This document shows positions 49,503 through 62,061 of a stretch of DNA of 64,000 nucleotides, one piece after another (the first letter of the stretch is position 1; every line of letters begins with the position of its first letter). The notes under the pieces are model-generated. The model did not search any database, was not told the origin of the DNA, and worked only from the letters and a program-made list of their open reading frames with translations. Both the position numbers and the translations under genes were made by a program. This stretch comes from Tubiluchus corallicola (lineage: Eukaryota > Animalia > Priapulida), in NCBI GenBank assembly GCA_030141605.1, contig JAQGDQ010000068.1, positions 372,001 through 436,000 on the forward strand, read 5' to 3'.

Positions 49503-50663
49503 ATGGAAGCCAACAAATGGAATAATACGGACTGGAGAAGCCAAATGGAATCCTGTTCGTCGAAGCCCGGCACGGGTTGTGTAAATGGAACAATTTCTAG
49601 TGTTAATATTTCGTCAACTGACGATGATTACGTGGCAAACTTCTTGTATACTTTTCGGGAGATTGCCTTGACCATAATGGTCGCGTTTTGCTTCATCAGC
49701 ATCGTTGAAAATTGTTGGATTTTGGTATGTGTAAGATTTTTGAAACGCTCAATGTCTCCAACGCTGTGCTACAGCATCAGTCTCGCTGCCGCTGACGCTT
49801 ATGTCTCGTTAGTTATTGGGGCGGGACTCATCATAAACAGCCTGTTGCCAATGTATGGGATCATAGACGAGAACAACTACCTGTGTCTCATTCTGACTCT
49901 CGAGGGATTCAGGGTCGGCGCCATGATAACTTCAGTTTTACATTTACTAGGTCTTGCTATCAATCACTACATTGGTATAGTGAAGCCATTGCATTATCAA
50001 ACCATTATGACTAGGTTTAACACGTGTTTGACAATAGCCTTAACGTGGCTTCTTCCGCTAGTGTTTTGCATGGTGTATTTTTCTGTGATAAAAGACGAGG
50101 GGTTTCAATCGGAAAATTGCACGAAATTCGAATTTTTGTTAGTAAGAAAATTTCGCTATATCGTGGCGAGCCTTTTCTTTCTTCCATTGTTTGTCATGGT
50201 TTTCATCTATGCGCACATACTTGTCATTATTCGAAGGCACAGACGAGGTGTTCTGCAATACCAGCAGACAGAACAGACAAAAGCACAGATGAAATCAAAT
50301 ATTAAAGCAGTGGTCACCACACTTCTCATTCTGGGCACCTACCTTCTGGGTTGGATACCAGCCGTAATGATTTTTATTGTAATCTGTAATGACTGCGCTC
50401 AACCTCTGTCTATCTATGGAAAACACCCAATTTTACTGACTGTACTTACTGCCGCTTTTAATTCGCTTATCATTGCCAAATCGTGCATCGATCCCATCGT
50501 TTATGCTGCTAGAATTACAGAAATTAAAGAGGCACTGAGACGGATGCGGTACCAACTTTGTCGAGTGGGGGAGCCGCCTCAATTTTTCTCCACGCAAGCG
50601 ACGATGCCCACATGTACTACTAGCGTTAGAGGAAGCCAAAAGGTCACCAACCGTACACAGTAA
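49503..50663 (+). CDS. Class A (rhodopsin-like) GPCR, 386 aa, melanocortin/adenosine-receptor-like orphan; single coding exon
   Basis: Seven hydrophobic segments; N-terminal N-glycosylation sequons; TM1 EN; TM2 SLAAAD; TM3 end NHYIGIVKPLHY; TM4 W; TM5 FFLP...Y; TM6 GWIP; ECL3 CNDC; TM7 DPIVY; helix 8 EIKEALRR. Confidence 0.95.
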   Translation: MEANKWNNTDWRSQMESCSSKPGTGCVNGTISSVNISSTDDDYVANFLYTFREIALTIMVAFCFISIVENCWILVCVRFLKRSMSPTLCYSISLAAADAYVSLVIGAGLIINSLLPMYGIIDENNYLCLILTLEGFRVGAMITSVLHLLGLAINHYIGIVKPLHYQTIMTRFNTCLTIALTWLLPLVFCMVYFSVIKDEGFQSENCTKFEFLLVRKFRYIVASLFFLPLFVMVFIYAHILVIIRRHRRGVLQYQQTEQTKAQMKSNIKAVVTTLLILGTYLLGWIPAVMIFIVICNDCAQPLSIYGKHPILLTVLTAAFNSLIIAKSCIDPIVYAARITEIKEALRRMRYQLCRVGEPPQFFSTQATMPTCTTSVRGSQKVTNRTQ

Positions 50664-50726
50664 GTAAACAATTTTTTATTTTTGTGAAACTGAATTTTTA
50701 TAATTTACGATTGTACATTAGATTGT

Positions 50727-50858
50727 GTGATGATGATGATGATGATGACGACGACGACGACGATGGAGGTGGTGATGGTGATGGTGATGATGATAATGAT
50801 AATGATGAAGATGATGATAATGACGATGACGATGACGATGATGACGACGATGGTGATA
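50727..50858. repeat. (GAT/GAC)n microsatellite in the GPCR 3' region
   Basis: Direct inspection; similar arrays at 4060-4172 and 10515-10572. Confidence 0.9.
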
Positions 50859-53231
50859 CGAAATGTGAGTTCTTAAAAGCTGGCTTTAAAAATTATGTAT
50901 TTTTAAAAAAGAGATTGGGCTGAAAGATAAACACTAACTAAAGAAATGTTTACAATCTTCGAATGCAAACTCATTACCCCATTTGTTCGCTCACTTGCGC
51001 AGCCATTTGGTAATACCTAAGTTCTATTATTAATTCCCTCAATTGACCACTTAATTCTGCATTAGCTGTGCATGGCGTGATTTTGCACGAATTATTGAAA
51101 TTAATTTGCTGTGAAATCATTAGCCTGACGTGGTGACGTAAAATATATTAATTAACCATTCTCAAGTGACATTGCGAACGTTAATAAGGGCAAGTTAACA
51201 CCTGTAGTGTGAGTTGACCTTTACAAAATCGCTTCCTTGCCTCACACAGGCTTTCACAACCAGTTCAATGAAACTTTAAAGACATCAATTTCGCCGCACG
51301 TTTCTGTTCTAATATTATGCATACCCCCCAGAAGTATAACGTGTGATGAATGCAAGCATTAAAGGTTCTTTTCGAGGCATTACATAATAAGAAAATGATT
51401 TTGATAGACAACTAATTGTGTAGGAGCACCACACAACTAGGAACTTCTAGCTAGTAGCCGTAAATCATATGTATCGTATTGCGTAAAAAGCATAGAAACT
51501 TGAACAATAAGCGTAGATGTATTATATAATTATGTTTTGGACGTTTACAAAGTTGATTTATAAGCTAAGTAAAACAAATTTATATTTAAAAGATTTTTAC
51601 ATCATTAGAATGCCTAGGTGTACTTCTCATTCTATGTTATGTTTCTGGCCAACAAACTTAGATTCTAATCATCATGAAATAGTATGTTGTGAACGCCACT
51701 TAAATGTCGGAGTTGATGACAACACTGTTATACTGTATATTGTACATTAGACAGCGCTAAAGTAAATGTTTACAAGTACGACAGCTGGCTGTCTTTAATT
51801 TCTTTATTGAGGTGGCTTCTTGATCCGGGTGTCACGCGTGTTTGTTCGAATGTGGTCCATGTGGATTAGGCGCCTAATTTACGAGGATTCCGAAAAGTGA
51901 TTCATTACGTGTAGGTGTGAAAAATGATGTAGGAGTGAACACTGAAACCGCCCTGTTTGTTAATTAGCGGACAGTGAGAGTTAAATCAATATTTAGAATT
52001 CTACAAGGTTTGCGTATGAAGCCTAATAATATATTGCTAGTTGTTTAAGGGAGATCCTGGAGGTGAAACCATTCTTAAACAGACAGTATATTTTTAAACT
52101 CATTTACATAGCTGCAGAAGTAAAAAGAAGTTATTACGTTTCCATAAAAAAACCACTAGCTTCATCGTACGAAAATCAAACAAAACTTAAGATAAACTAA
52201 ATCGCTAAAAGTATGAATTTCGCGTGTTGTTGTCGTGTTCGTCACCATCGTCCTTGTTGTCGCTGTTATCTATGGGTAGAGCTATATTGCCCATTTTCAT
52301 GAGGAAAATAAAAAGCGTGATCCTGATGAATATTGCAGAACCTCCTCAGCATAAAAGATTAGTATACTTTTTAACACAAGCTGTGCAATCGTCTCACATT
52401 TCAGTTATGGCTCTTTTCTAAATAATCAAAACTAAAAATTGAGACAGAGTATAAGGTTTCTTCATCTTATTTTTTTCATATTTCAACAATATTACATGAC
52501 TTCCTTAAATCGATAAAGGCTGATACCTGAGCACGTATTAAGCTGTGCGTGTTGAACATGGCAAAAATATCCTCATTATTTAATGCACTTCATTATTCAT
52601 AAAGAAACCACAAAAAGACAACGACAACATTTATTTACCATCGCTCATTCAACAGACAACATTAACACTAACGTTTATTTAGCGACTTACAGTTGGTAGC
52701 CGCTAGTCTGGAACTCAAGACTGCATGGTTGCAGTCTGATATCTGCATCGCTCGGGCACCCAATCACACGACGTTGTTGAAATTACTTGGAAATGGACAC
52801 AATGCAATATTTATAATATTGCTCAATGACATGATCACTAGGCAAACTGCCGGGCGCGTTTAAGCGGACTAAAGAACTTCATCAGCCATAAAGCACTTCC
52901 GGATGTTAAATTAGTAAATAAGTATTTTTTACATTCTTAGGACTACAGAAAGTTGCGAGCTTCGCCCCATGTAAATAAAATGAATAATTAATAGTTTAAT
53001 AATCTGAATGTGGATTGTTGATGCCTGCAGTGCAGCGGAATAAATAAGACCTGATAGCACATAATTATTATGATTCTTCATAATTTCTCATTTCTATTAT
53101 CAACCACTTGGGAAAAATGGTACTTGCCATCTACGACTATTCGTCAAATACAATGGAAGTCGAAAGTTACTGAAGTGTTTTCACTCATGGGGATCATGAT
53201 GCTTAATTAAAGATATTCCTATTATAACTTT

Positions 53232-53767
53232 AGCTATGTTCACACAAGAGCCACGTTTATGATAGAGCTACGTTTACAGGCAAGAGCTACAGCTACGTTC
53301 AAACGAAAGCCACGCTCATATAAGAACTACGTTCACACTAGAGACACCTTCACACAAAGCTACACACGAAAGCTATGTCGCAAATGACACATGTTCACAC
53401 TTGAACAGCGTTCACGGGCAAGACCTACGTTCACCCAACAACTACGTTTACACAAGGGCTACGTTCGCGCAAGAATTGTTCAGTCAAGAGCTACTTTCAC
53501 GCAAGACCTGTTCACACAAAAGCTACGTTTGTGTAAGAGCCACATATACATAAGAACTACGTTCAAACAAAGGCCGCGTTCATATAAGAGCTACGTTCAC
53601 ACTAGAGCCATCTTCACGCAAAAGCTGCGTCACAAGAGACAAGAATCACGTTCACACTTATGTTCATAAGCAACAGCTCCACGTACTCATGAAAGATAAG
53701 CTCGCACAAGGCCCACGTTCAAGGAAGAGCTAAGTTCACACAAATGTCGTGTTTTCACAAGAACTTA
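53232..53767. repeat. Diverged 17-bp minisatellite, consensus GTTCACACAAGAGCTAC, about 30 units
   Basis: Units such as gttcacacaagagccac, gttcacactagagacac, gtttacacaagggctac and gttcatataagagctac are arranged head-to-tail with no spacers. Confidence 0.9.
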
Positions 53768-56700
53768 CATCGAAAAAAATTATTCATTTGAAGACAGAAA
53801 ATTATTTAGGGAAACAATACGAAGCTTTGTAACAGACAATCGAACCAAGAACGAGCATCTAACTACTTAATGATTACCATCGTTAAACGTTATCATTGCA
53901 CCACAAACCTTCTAGCTGGCATTTGAACTATATATATATAAGTTTTAATTATAGCTTTGTACCTAGGCAAATTGCAAAAAAACTATTAATTGAAAGCTTA
54001 TAACATCACACTGTAATTATTTACACTGCTGAATTTTTATTTTTATAGTTCATGCTCAGCATCCCTTAGTTTTTCAATTGCATCAGTTAGTGATGGGGGC
54101 TGATTCTGTTTTCTAAAAGTGCTTTTCTGCTGACAAACGCCGTTTCTGTAGAACTCATTTAAATGAAACTTTCACCTCGACTAGAACTGGAAACAAACTT
54201 CGCCGTAACGAACGTTTCCAGTCGTATGACAACAAATTATAAACTAACTCAATGTACCCCAGTCCATAATGAAGTTGTCAACGCGCCAAATATCATTATG
54301 GCAGTCTCTTTGTAGATTTAAACTGCGCGTTTTGCCTGAATCGAGGGCAGGAACAAACATACTCGGCGAACACCACAAAGAAGAAGCGACGAAGCATATT
54401 ATTCCATATTCAAATATTTGGGCTAGTATTTATACACAGTCTACGTATTGAATTCTGGACATGCAGAGTGTTTCTAGGCATAAGTGCGCGAGACTTTTCA
54501 GATTTATTTGGAGTGTCACAGTCTTAACTGTTAGCGGCTTCCCTTTTGAGGCGATTGCCTGGCTTCCCGGTTCACTGTCATCCAAGAACTTGGAAAGCAA
54601 CTGAATAAAAGGGAAGCAAAAATAACGCTACAAAGATCTTGCAACTTCATTAAATTAAAAACTAACAAGTAATTTATCAGTCAGTTCAGACAGTGAATTA
54701 CTTTGTTTAAGCTTTTCCATTAGCTTGGTCAGTCAGTCCATCAGTTGGTTTTTTCAGCGACTATTTTCTTGCTTTATGATTTTCATTGATAAGCCAGGCA
54801 GTCGTTGTCTGGATAACGTTGGTGGGGCAATCCGTTAGTTGTTAGCGGGTCAGTCTGTCAACGTTTAAAACACAAACGCAGTCAGTCCATCATGATTTGG
54901 TGCTTGCTTGTTGCTGATTGACGCGATGAAACCTTGTTTGTTACATATGCTTGGTAACGGTTAGATGAGTGATTTGTCCCATGTTTATTTTTGGTCAGCG
55001 CTCATCCAATTCTTGATTAGAACTGCACCAAACAGTCTTGAACAAAAACTCGTGAAAAATCTTTATAATGTCATTATCCTGTAAAATTTAACAATTTTGA
55101 AGCTGTGCAGCAGCTTGCCCTGTCAGTAATGCTATTTTCGCACATTAAGCATGCGACCGTTTACTTTTCTTTTAAATTTTGGTCCGCTCATTTTAGAAAA
55201 GTCCGCTAGTTCTTCCTATTATTCTAGCTAACAACTAAACTGTCTTCTTCAGTATCCACGTATTGCAAACGCCTCGTGTGCACATCAGTCTATTAGTTTC
55301 AAAAGAAGTAAGCCAAACAGCTTTCATCTCACTTACTTAGATGAACTTTCAGCTACTCTTATATCAAACGATTTAAAACGCAGAGGGTTTTATAAAAGGC
55401 TGCGTTTGCCATTTCACTTAATTACTTTGCTATCTTTCCTCTGGGAAATTTTGCTAATTCAACAGTGTAGCTAATGTGGTTTCTACATGCAAACTTGTAA
55501 TTCAAGAAACCTTCTACCTGAGCAATTAAACTATTAATCGTGAAAATAAATGCGCGGTCTTAGCCGTTAGAAAAGGTACTTACCATAGATATAGTGCCTG
55601 TTGTCTTTATTCACAGAGGGGAAATCTTTTTATTAATAGAAAGCAGACTGCCTGCCAAAATCCTTCATTTGTTTGGTTTTTCGTACGGAAAATGCAAAAC
55701 GATACTGACGCAAGTCAGAGTTTTGTTTTAGAAGTTGGCATTTCTAGAAATTGTGCTCCGGATAAGCATGTTCGAAAAATTTTGTTATCAAGTCATTATC
55801 GAGTTACGCAGAAATGGCTTGAGAATTTTACCTTGTCTAACCCCAACGGGTGTTCTTGAAATTCTTCTTAATTCTTCCTGGAAAAGTGACCTTCAAGACT
55901 GAATATCGTAGATCGAACAAAATAATGCATTAAGAAAAAATCGGTTAAAAAGAAGGAAAACGAGGAATGTTAATTCCGTAAGACATGTTTAATCTCTACA
56001 GCATACCCGCGATGTTTGGAAAATGTTTGCAAAATGCAAATGTTTGATAAATGCATTTTGGGGAAAATTGAATAGAAAAATGTACAACGTATAACAAATA
56101 ACAAGCTTTAAATAAAGGTGTTAAATAAACAAAAAGCGTATAAAAATAAGTGGTAGTACGCAGTTGTCAAAGCACACACAGCATTATTTGTAATAAAATG
56201 ATAATGATGATGATGGTGGTGGAGGTGGTGATGAGAACGACGACGGCAACGACTTCGATGACGACGAATGGTCTGATTTATTGTAGTTGTTGAATAAATT
56301 TGAACAGTGCTGTTTAAAGCTGTTGAGTTGTGGTTGTGGCCTGTGTTGCATCGTGAATTGCATCTTAAATGGGGAAATTCTATTCCTCTCGCGTCAGGCG
56401 GCCGCTACATGTTCCCGATAAATGCATTAGCAATAACTCTTCTCTTCCTGCTCTCCCGTGAATGCAAAATTTGAAATAAACCAGTTGAATTTTTCGTATC
56501 GGCAGAAGTAATTCTCGCGTTTTTCTGGAGTGCAGAAGTTTTTACAGCGGCAGACTAATGCAGTTGATGGCCATTTCTCATGTATGATGAATTAGATCCA
56601 TGAGCAAAGTAAACTGCCGACTTTCCTTCATCTCTGCATTTGCTGATGTAAGAAGTGAATCATTAATCAAGAATTTTTTTTGCTACGTTACAAATGTAAT

Positions 56701-59515
56701 ATAAAAATTAGTAGCAAGTACAAAAATCAGTTGGAGAAGTCAAATATTCGGCCCTTAGTTGCTACATTTTTTAAAAACGAAATGATGAAAATAATTAAAG
56801 AAAAAAATATTTTTTATTCTTTTTTTTTGGTGGAAACATTCTAACTATTAGTTTCTGATGGCGATGTCACAGCCATGTATTGTTGTCGCGTAAGACGTGG
56901 CGTACGTTGTTGTGGGCCAGGGATATCTTAGAAGGCAAGATACATGTTCTTATTTTTTTCATCTTTTTTCTTTTTCATCTTTTCTTGATATGGGCTCAAA
57001 TTTGTTTTGTCTGCTTTTCGGTTGACCGAAAGGGGACGTATTCCGCGAATTAAAAAATAGCTTTGAAATAAATGAATTATTAGAAATTTAAGCGTAAAAA
57101 TATAGAAACGTAACTTTATACGCCGACTTTAAATGACGTTTATAGTCTTCCTGACTATGTAACTTCTTTTTTCAACTAAAGTTTTACTTAATATTAGAAC
57201 TACATAACATGCATCATACGCCTTCTCAAAAGCGAATATGCCACACAGATCGCTGCGGCCTAGGTTTACCGGCTAATTCAGTAATTCAATGTATTTGAGA
57301 CAAGGACACGTAAATTTATGAACATAGAGAATTTATAGTTGGTATTTTTTGAGCTGGTCAATGTGAAATAATTACCTATAGATATTACTAATTGTTTATC
57401 AGGTTGAGAATTTTCCTAGATCATTAGATGGCAGCATTGGAAAATTGCTATCGATATCGAACTGTTGTACGCAATGAGCCTAATAATTATCAATATAGAT
57501 ATTAAAAACACACACATTTCACAAAATGACTTCAGCATGCTTTACTGGGCATGAGCTTTTTCAAAAATTGACTTTTTCTTATCTTTTTGACCAAAAGTGC
57601 CGCCATTATTTCCAGCCATCTGATTTCTATTCACAAAGACAGGTTTATTATAGCCTTTCACAAGAAAAATTCACATCCTTAACTTAAGCATTGTGCTAAT
57701 TCTGAAAATTGGTTAGGACAGCACATTTGTCTGCTTTATGCAGGTGATTATTGCTAATGTTTGTAATTTACCCTGCAAAGTGACTGGGAGAGTGCAATAA
57801 TAGGTAAAAATAAAAACGGCTGTTGGTGCTATTCATTGGTAATAAACCTAGTATTGCTAAAACGTTTTGCTATAAACATAGTATGAAATTACAATGTACT
57901 CCTGGTTAAAATGAAAACATGCTGCAAAAATTCAATTAAATTTAGATCCTCTCCCTGATTAAAACTAAAGTTTGCTATTTAAGCTGACATGTAGCCTGGA
58001 TTTGAAGCAGGGACCTCGCACTTACCAGGCGAACATCATGGCGATTAAGATTGCCAATGAGCATAACAGGTCTTATAATCTGATCTTTCTAGCGGGTTAA
58101 TAAATTCAGCATGTCCAAGGTTAATTTACTCACCTAGAATTAGTACTAACTAACTTTTATTAACCTTCTTACAATTAATTTAAAGCCTTAAATAATCCGC
58201 GGGTAGTTAATAAAGTAGTTAATTAATTAATTAATTAATTAGCATTTTAAAGTTACTTCACTTAAGCAGCCTCTCTTTATTGTTGTTAAAATAAACGCGG
58301 AATTAACATGTCTATAAATAAAAAATATAATTAATTAATAGGTTAACAGGTTTTCATTTTTTAAATATAGACTTGTTAGTACCTGGTTTACTTTAACAAC
58401 AATAAAGAATAAAATGGTATTTTATTAATATATTGCAGTGAATATTGTGACACCCATACCACATCATTATCAAACAGCAGCAGCAAGACGGCAGATCTTA
58501 AAATTGTATGGCATATCTAGATGTTATCTCAATTTGCTCAAAGCTGACTGAAAGCAAGCCAACCAAAATATTGTTCGAATTGTTTAAGCGGGCAACAAAA
58601 ATCCACTGAAAAAAGCTCTATACATGATTAACATACTTGGCTACCGGACTTTTAGATCACCGATTATACAACAGGACGTGCGCATAGCTTTCACACTCGC
58701 TTCCCCAAGCATAGTATTTCCGGAATGAATTCAGTCCCAGCCTTTCAAAATGGCAATTTTACACACCTCGAAATTGATACAATTCACATAATATTACTTT
58801 CAATTGGCCCAATATATGCGACATAATAAAGGTTTATTGCGAGACAAGAATAGCCTACATTACTAAAATTGCATTAAATTGTCGTGTAGGTCTATCTTAA
58901 TGCTGCCGGGTGTAGCCTTTTGATTTCTAGTACTTTTCATAAAGAAAAAAGTGTACATGCAAAGTTAACAAAGCACAACACTGTAGTAATGAGTGAATAA
59001 TGCGTTTTGTTCGTTGTTTGTTTTTTATGTTTCATTATGCTGTTGGTTTTCCTGTTTTTCCTTTTTTGTTTGGGCGTGTGTTACAAATACATTTCCAAGT
59101 AAAGTGACCTACGTGGGCATTTGACCATTACTTCGAAGTAACTAACACTTCCTAACAGGTCGTCCACAAGGTCATTTAAAACACTGTCTTTCTCCAGCGT
59201 TGAAGGACCGTGTGGACGAAGAGAATGAGAGTGAAATTTGAATGTCATTCAAGTTTGATGATACTAAGATGGTCTTGATTTTCATCAGTGTCGGTCGTCA
59301 TTCTCAGAGTGAACAGCCAATAACAATGCGCGCTGGTGTCTCAGTTAGAATAACCCATTTATAGCTGGTGCGTAAAGGGCGAGGTGTCACCAAAAACAAC
59401 GAATTATTCACAAGAGGCGACTACATAGATCATATTCTGCAAGTACATGAGTGACTGTACTAAATTTTATACTTATTGTGATGATATAATGTAATTTTCG
59501 CTATTGTAAATGGGC

Positions 59516-59518
<3 letters not shown>

Positions 59519-59598
<80 letters not shown>

Positions 59599-59637
59599 GT
59601 CTCTCTCGTCTGTCTCTCTCTCTCTCTCTCTCTCTCC
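59519..59637. repeat. (TC)n microsatellite
   Basis: Direct inspection. Confidence 0.95.
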
Positions 59638-60184
59638 TTTATTTCGAGCTGAAAACTTGTCCAGTAATAAAACATATTTGGTGTTGTCCAATTTGTTTGT
59701 GCTTCTGCGTTTAATTCTCGAAATACCGGATAATAACTTCTTGTTTCATTTCTTTGCCGAAGTTTTTTTATTTGATTTGCAACACATGTTGAAACAAAGC
59801 TCGTTTTCATACAAGCTGTTTTGGCGCGTTTTCCGAACTGAAAAGAGATTAGAGACCAATACTTCTACAAGTCCTTATGTGCGGAGTAATTGTCAGTGAA
59901 GATTGATCGTGTGGACACTGTTTTGAATGTTGTTCTTTTGAAGGATTAGGTGTAATTGAAAAACTCTAGCAAAGAGAGAAGGAAAAAACTGTAATCCAAA
60001 TTGTTTTCAATTTTTTTCGCAAAAAGCAAATTTAGATGAAATGAGACAGAATCTTTAAACAATCAGTTAGCGTATCCAAATGCACGAGAATATTGTGAAA
60101 TGTAATAGTAGATAGGTATCTAACAGAGATATCGTTTTTGTGAACTGTCACTTTCGGTTGTCTCATGTTTTATTGGATGATTAA

Positions 60185-60185
60185 C

Positions 60186-60226
<41 letters not shown>

Positions 60227-60370
60227 TGTTGGTTAGTCGATCAGTGGTCGATCAGTCGGTCAATCGTGCGATTGGTCGATTATTTGATTAACAGACCGAG
60301 TAGACTTAATGACCAGCCGAACAAGCAAGCAAACAAACGAATGACCATGGGCCGACCGAGCAAATGACTG
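60185..60370. repeat. (TGAT)n microsatellite followed by degenerate tetranucleotide units
   Basis: Direct inspection. Confidence 0.8.
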
Positions 60371-60849
60371 ACAATTTGTATAAAACATCGGATATGGAGT
60401 AATTCTGAGACTTTCTTTCTTGCGTCCCTAGTGGGTCAATTTATCATTATTAGTTCCTAGCTATTTTATTGTCTTCCAGCGCTGATATTAAATATTAATG
60501 ATTTTGTTTATTGCATAAACGTAGGAATTAATCGCTTGTCAGCCTCAATATCGTTCACTGTATTTAACTTCCTCGTGATTCAGGCCGTCTTTATCCACTG
60601 CGGAAAATATCTGAAGATTAGGTGTGTGATTTGTAAACAGCTGTAAAATTTTCTGAAAACATGCTCAAACTTTGCTGCAGCAAAACACTCGATACTCATT
60701 GAGTTTTAAGGTTGTGGGTACTCGGGCTGTGGGTACTGCTTTTTTGGGCAAACAGAGATGTCGAACATGCATATTAGACGCTCAATGCTTTAATTTTGTG
60801 TGACAAATTCTCTAAATTTTTTATTCCCCAAATCTTTTATATTTCATGG

Positions 60850-61115
60850 CATAGATTTAAGTGCCACGCATGCGCAGAGAGAAATTGCTAGCCTGCGAAT
60901 CAAACAATACTTCAAAAGTGAGTCATTCAAGGAATCAAGGACTGTTTTTGCCTACTGGACAATCGAATGCAGTTTTTTCTACAGCAGGCCTACTGTAACA
61001 CCACGGCGCCCATTGTTTGCCATACAACAGACCATAGGATTTGTGTTACAACATGGCGCTCAATGTTGCTTCACTTTTTGCTTGAGGAAGCGCACGCATG
61101 GCATTTAAATCTGTG
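60850..61115 (-). mobile_element. 266-bp MITE of the same family as 15955-17084
   Basis: About 26-bp imperfect TIRs CATAGATTTAAGTGCCACGCATGCGC / GCGCACGCATGGCATTTAAATCTGTG. Flanks ATTTCATG(G) at 60841-60849 and ATTTCATG(A) at 61116-61124 form an 8-9 bp TSD. Confidence 0.8.
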
Positions 61116-62061
61116 ATTTCATGACGGTCATCGGGCCTGTTCTTAATCGCACAAATCGTTCCAATTCAAGATGACTGATCATCAAAAATATGTACAAAGT
61201 TCACGTTCACTCGCAATCGGATGTCTACTAGTTTAATCTACAACAAATTGAGTGGTGTTAAAATACTCTCCTTTTAAAACCTGCTTTAAACGAGAAAATT
61301 TTCCAAATTAATCTAAGATTCACCTCAAAACGACATGCCGTTTAGTGACCGTATAGGCCTACAACTAGTTTTTCCGCAAAAATAATTAAAACAGATATTT
61401 CGGTTAAGCATTTACATTAGTAGTGAAATAATTTTGTACTGAAATCGTATTTTTGCATGTCATTTTGTTCATCATGGTTGTAATTTAGTACTTATTGTCG
61501 AACTTGCAAATCTCTGTGAAATGAGTGGCTTTAATTTCTTGGTTGTTATTGCTGTTCTTGTTGCATTGTTACACATGTTTGTGAATTGTACAATTGTACA
61601 AATAAATTCTAATTACAGCAACATTTTCAAAGTTTATTAGCCTCTGGCACGCCATACTATTAACATAGTCTGCCAGTGCATAAAATGCATAGTTCCACCC
61701 CGTCGTGCAATGAAATTCTAATTGCAGACTCCGTTGAGGTCAAACCGATAAACTGTTGACTTTTCTGCAACTGCTGCCTAGTCGAAGAAATGAAATTCAA
61801 ATAGAAATTCTGATCAGTTTACGCAAGCAGATTAAAATTTTATTGATTCTGCTTAGTGAATGTTTCTCCATGCAAATTAAATTGAACATGAAGTGAAACA
61901 AATAAAATTAACGCTACAGATTACACGAATTAGCCAACACTTGTCAGTCATTGACATTCTAGACAGCCACAAGATCTAGAGGAGCCCTAGAGGAGGGGGA
62001 GATCAAAAGTACCGGGAAAGCAGTGAAGATTGGCGAAAATTCTGATAAAGCTAACACAAAA

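Noticed and set aside
53232-53767. CRISPR-like array
   Set aside because: Units are contiguous 17-mers with no unique spacers; there are no cas genes and the context is eukaryotic.
54245-54600. Possible minus-strand exon (good acceptor near 54601, 57 open codons) and a minus-strand donor near 52690
   Set aside because: No recognisable protein and no consistent multi-exon frame; could be non-coding exons but cannot be supported from sequence alone.
60863-60877. NRF1-like GCATGCGC promoter motif
   Set aside because: Explained as part of the MITE terminal inverted repeat.
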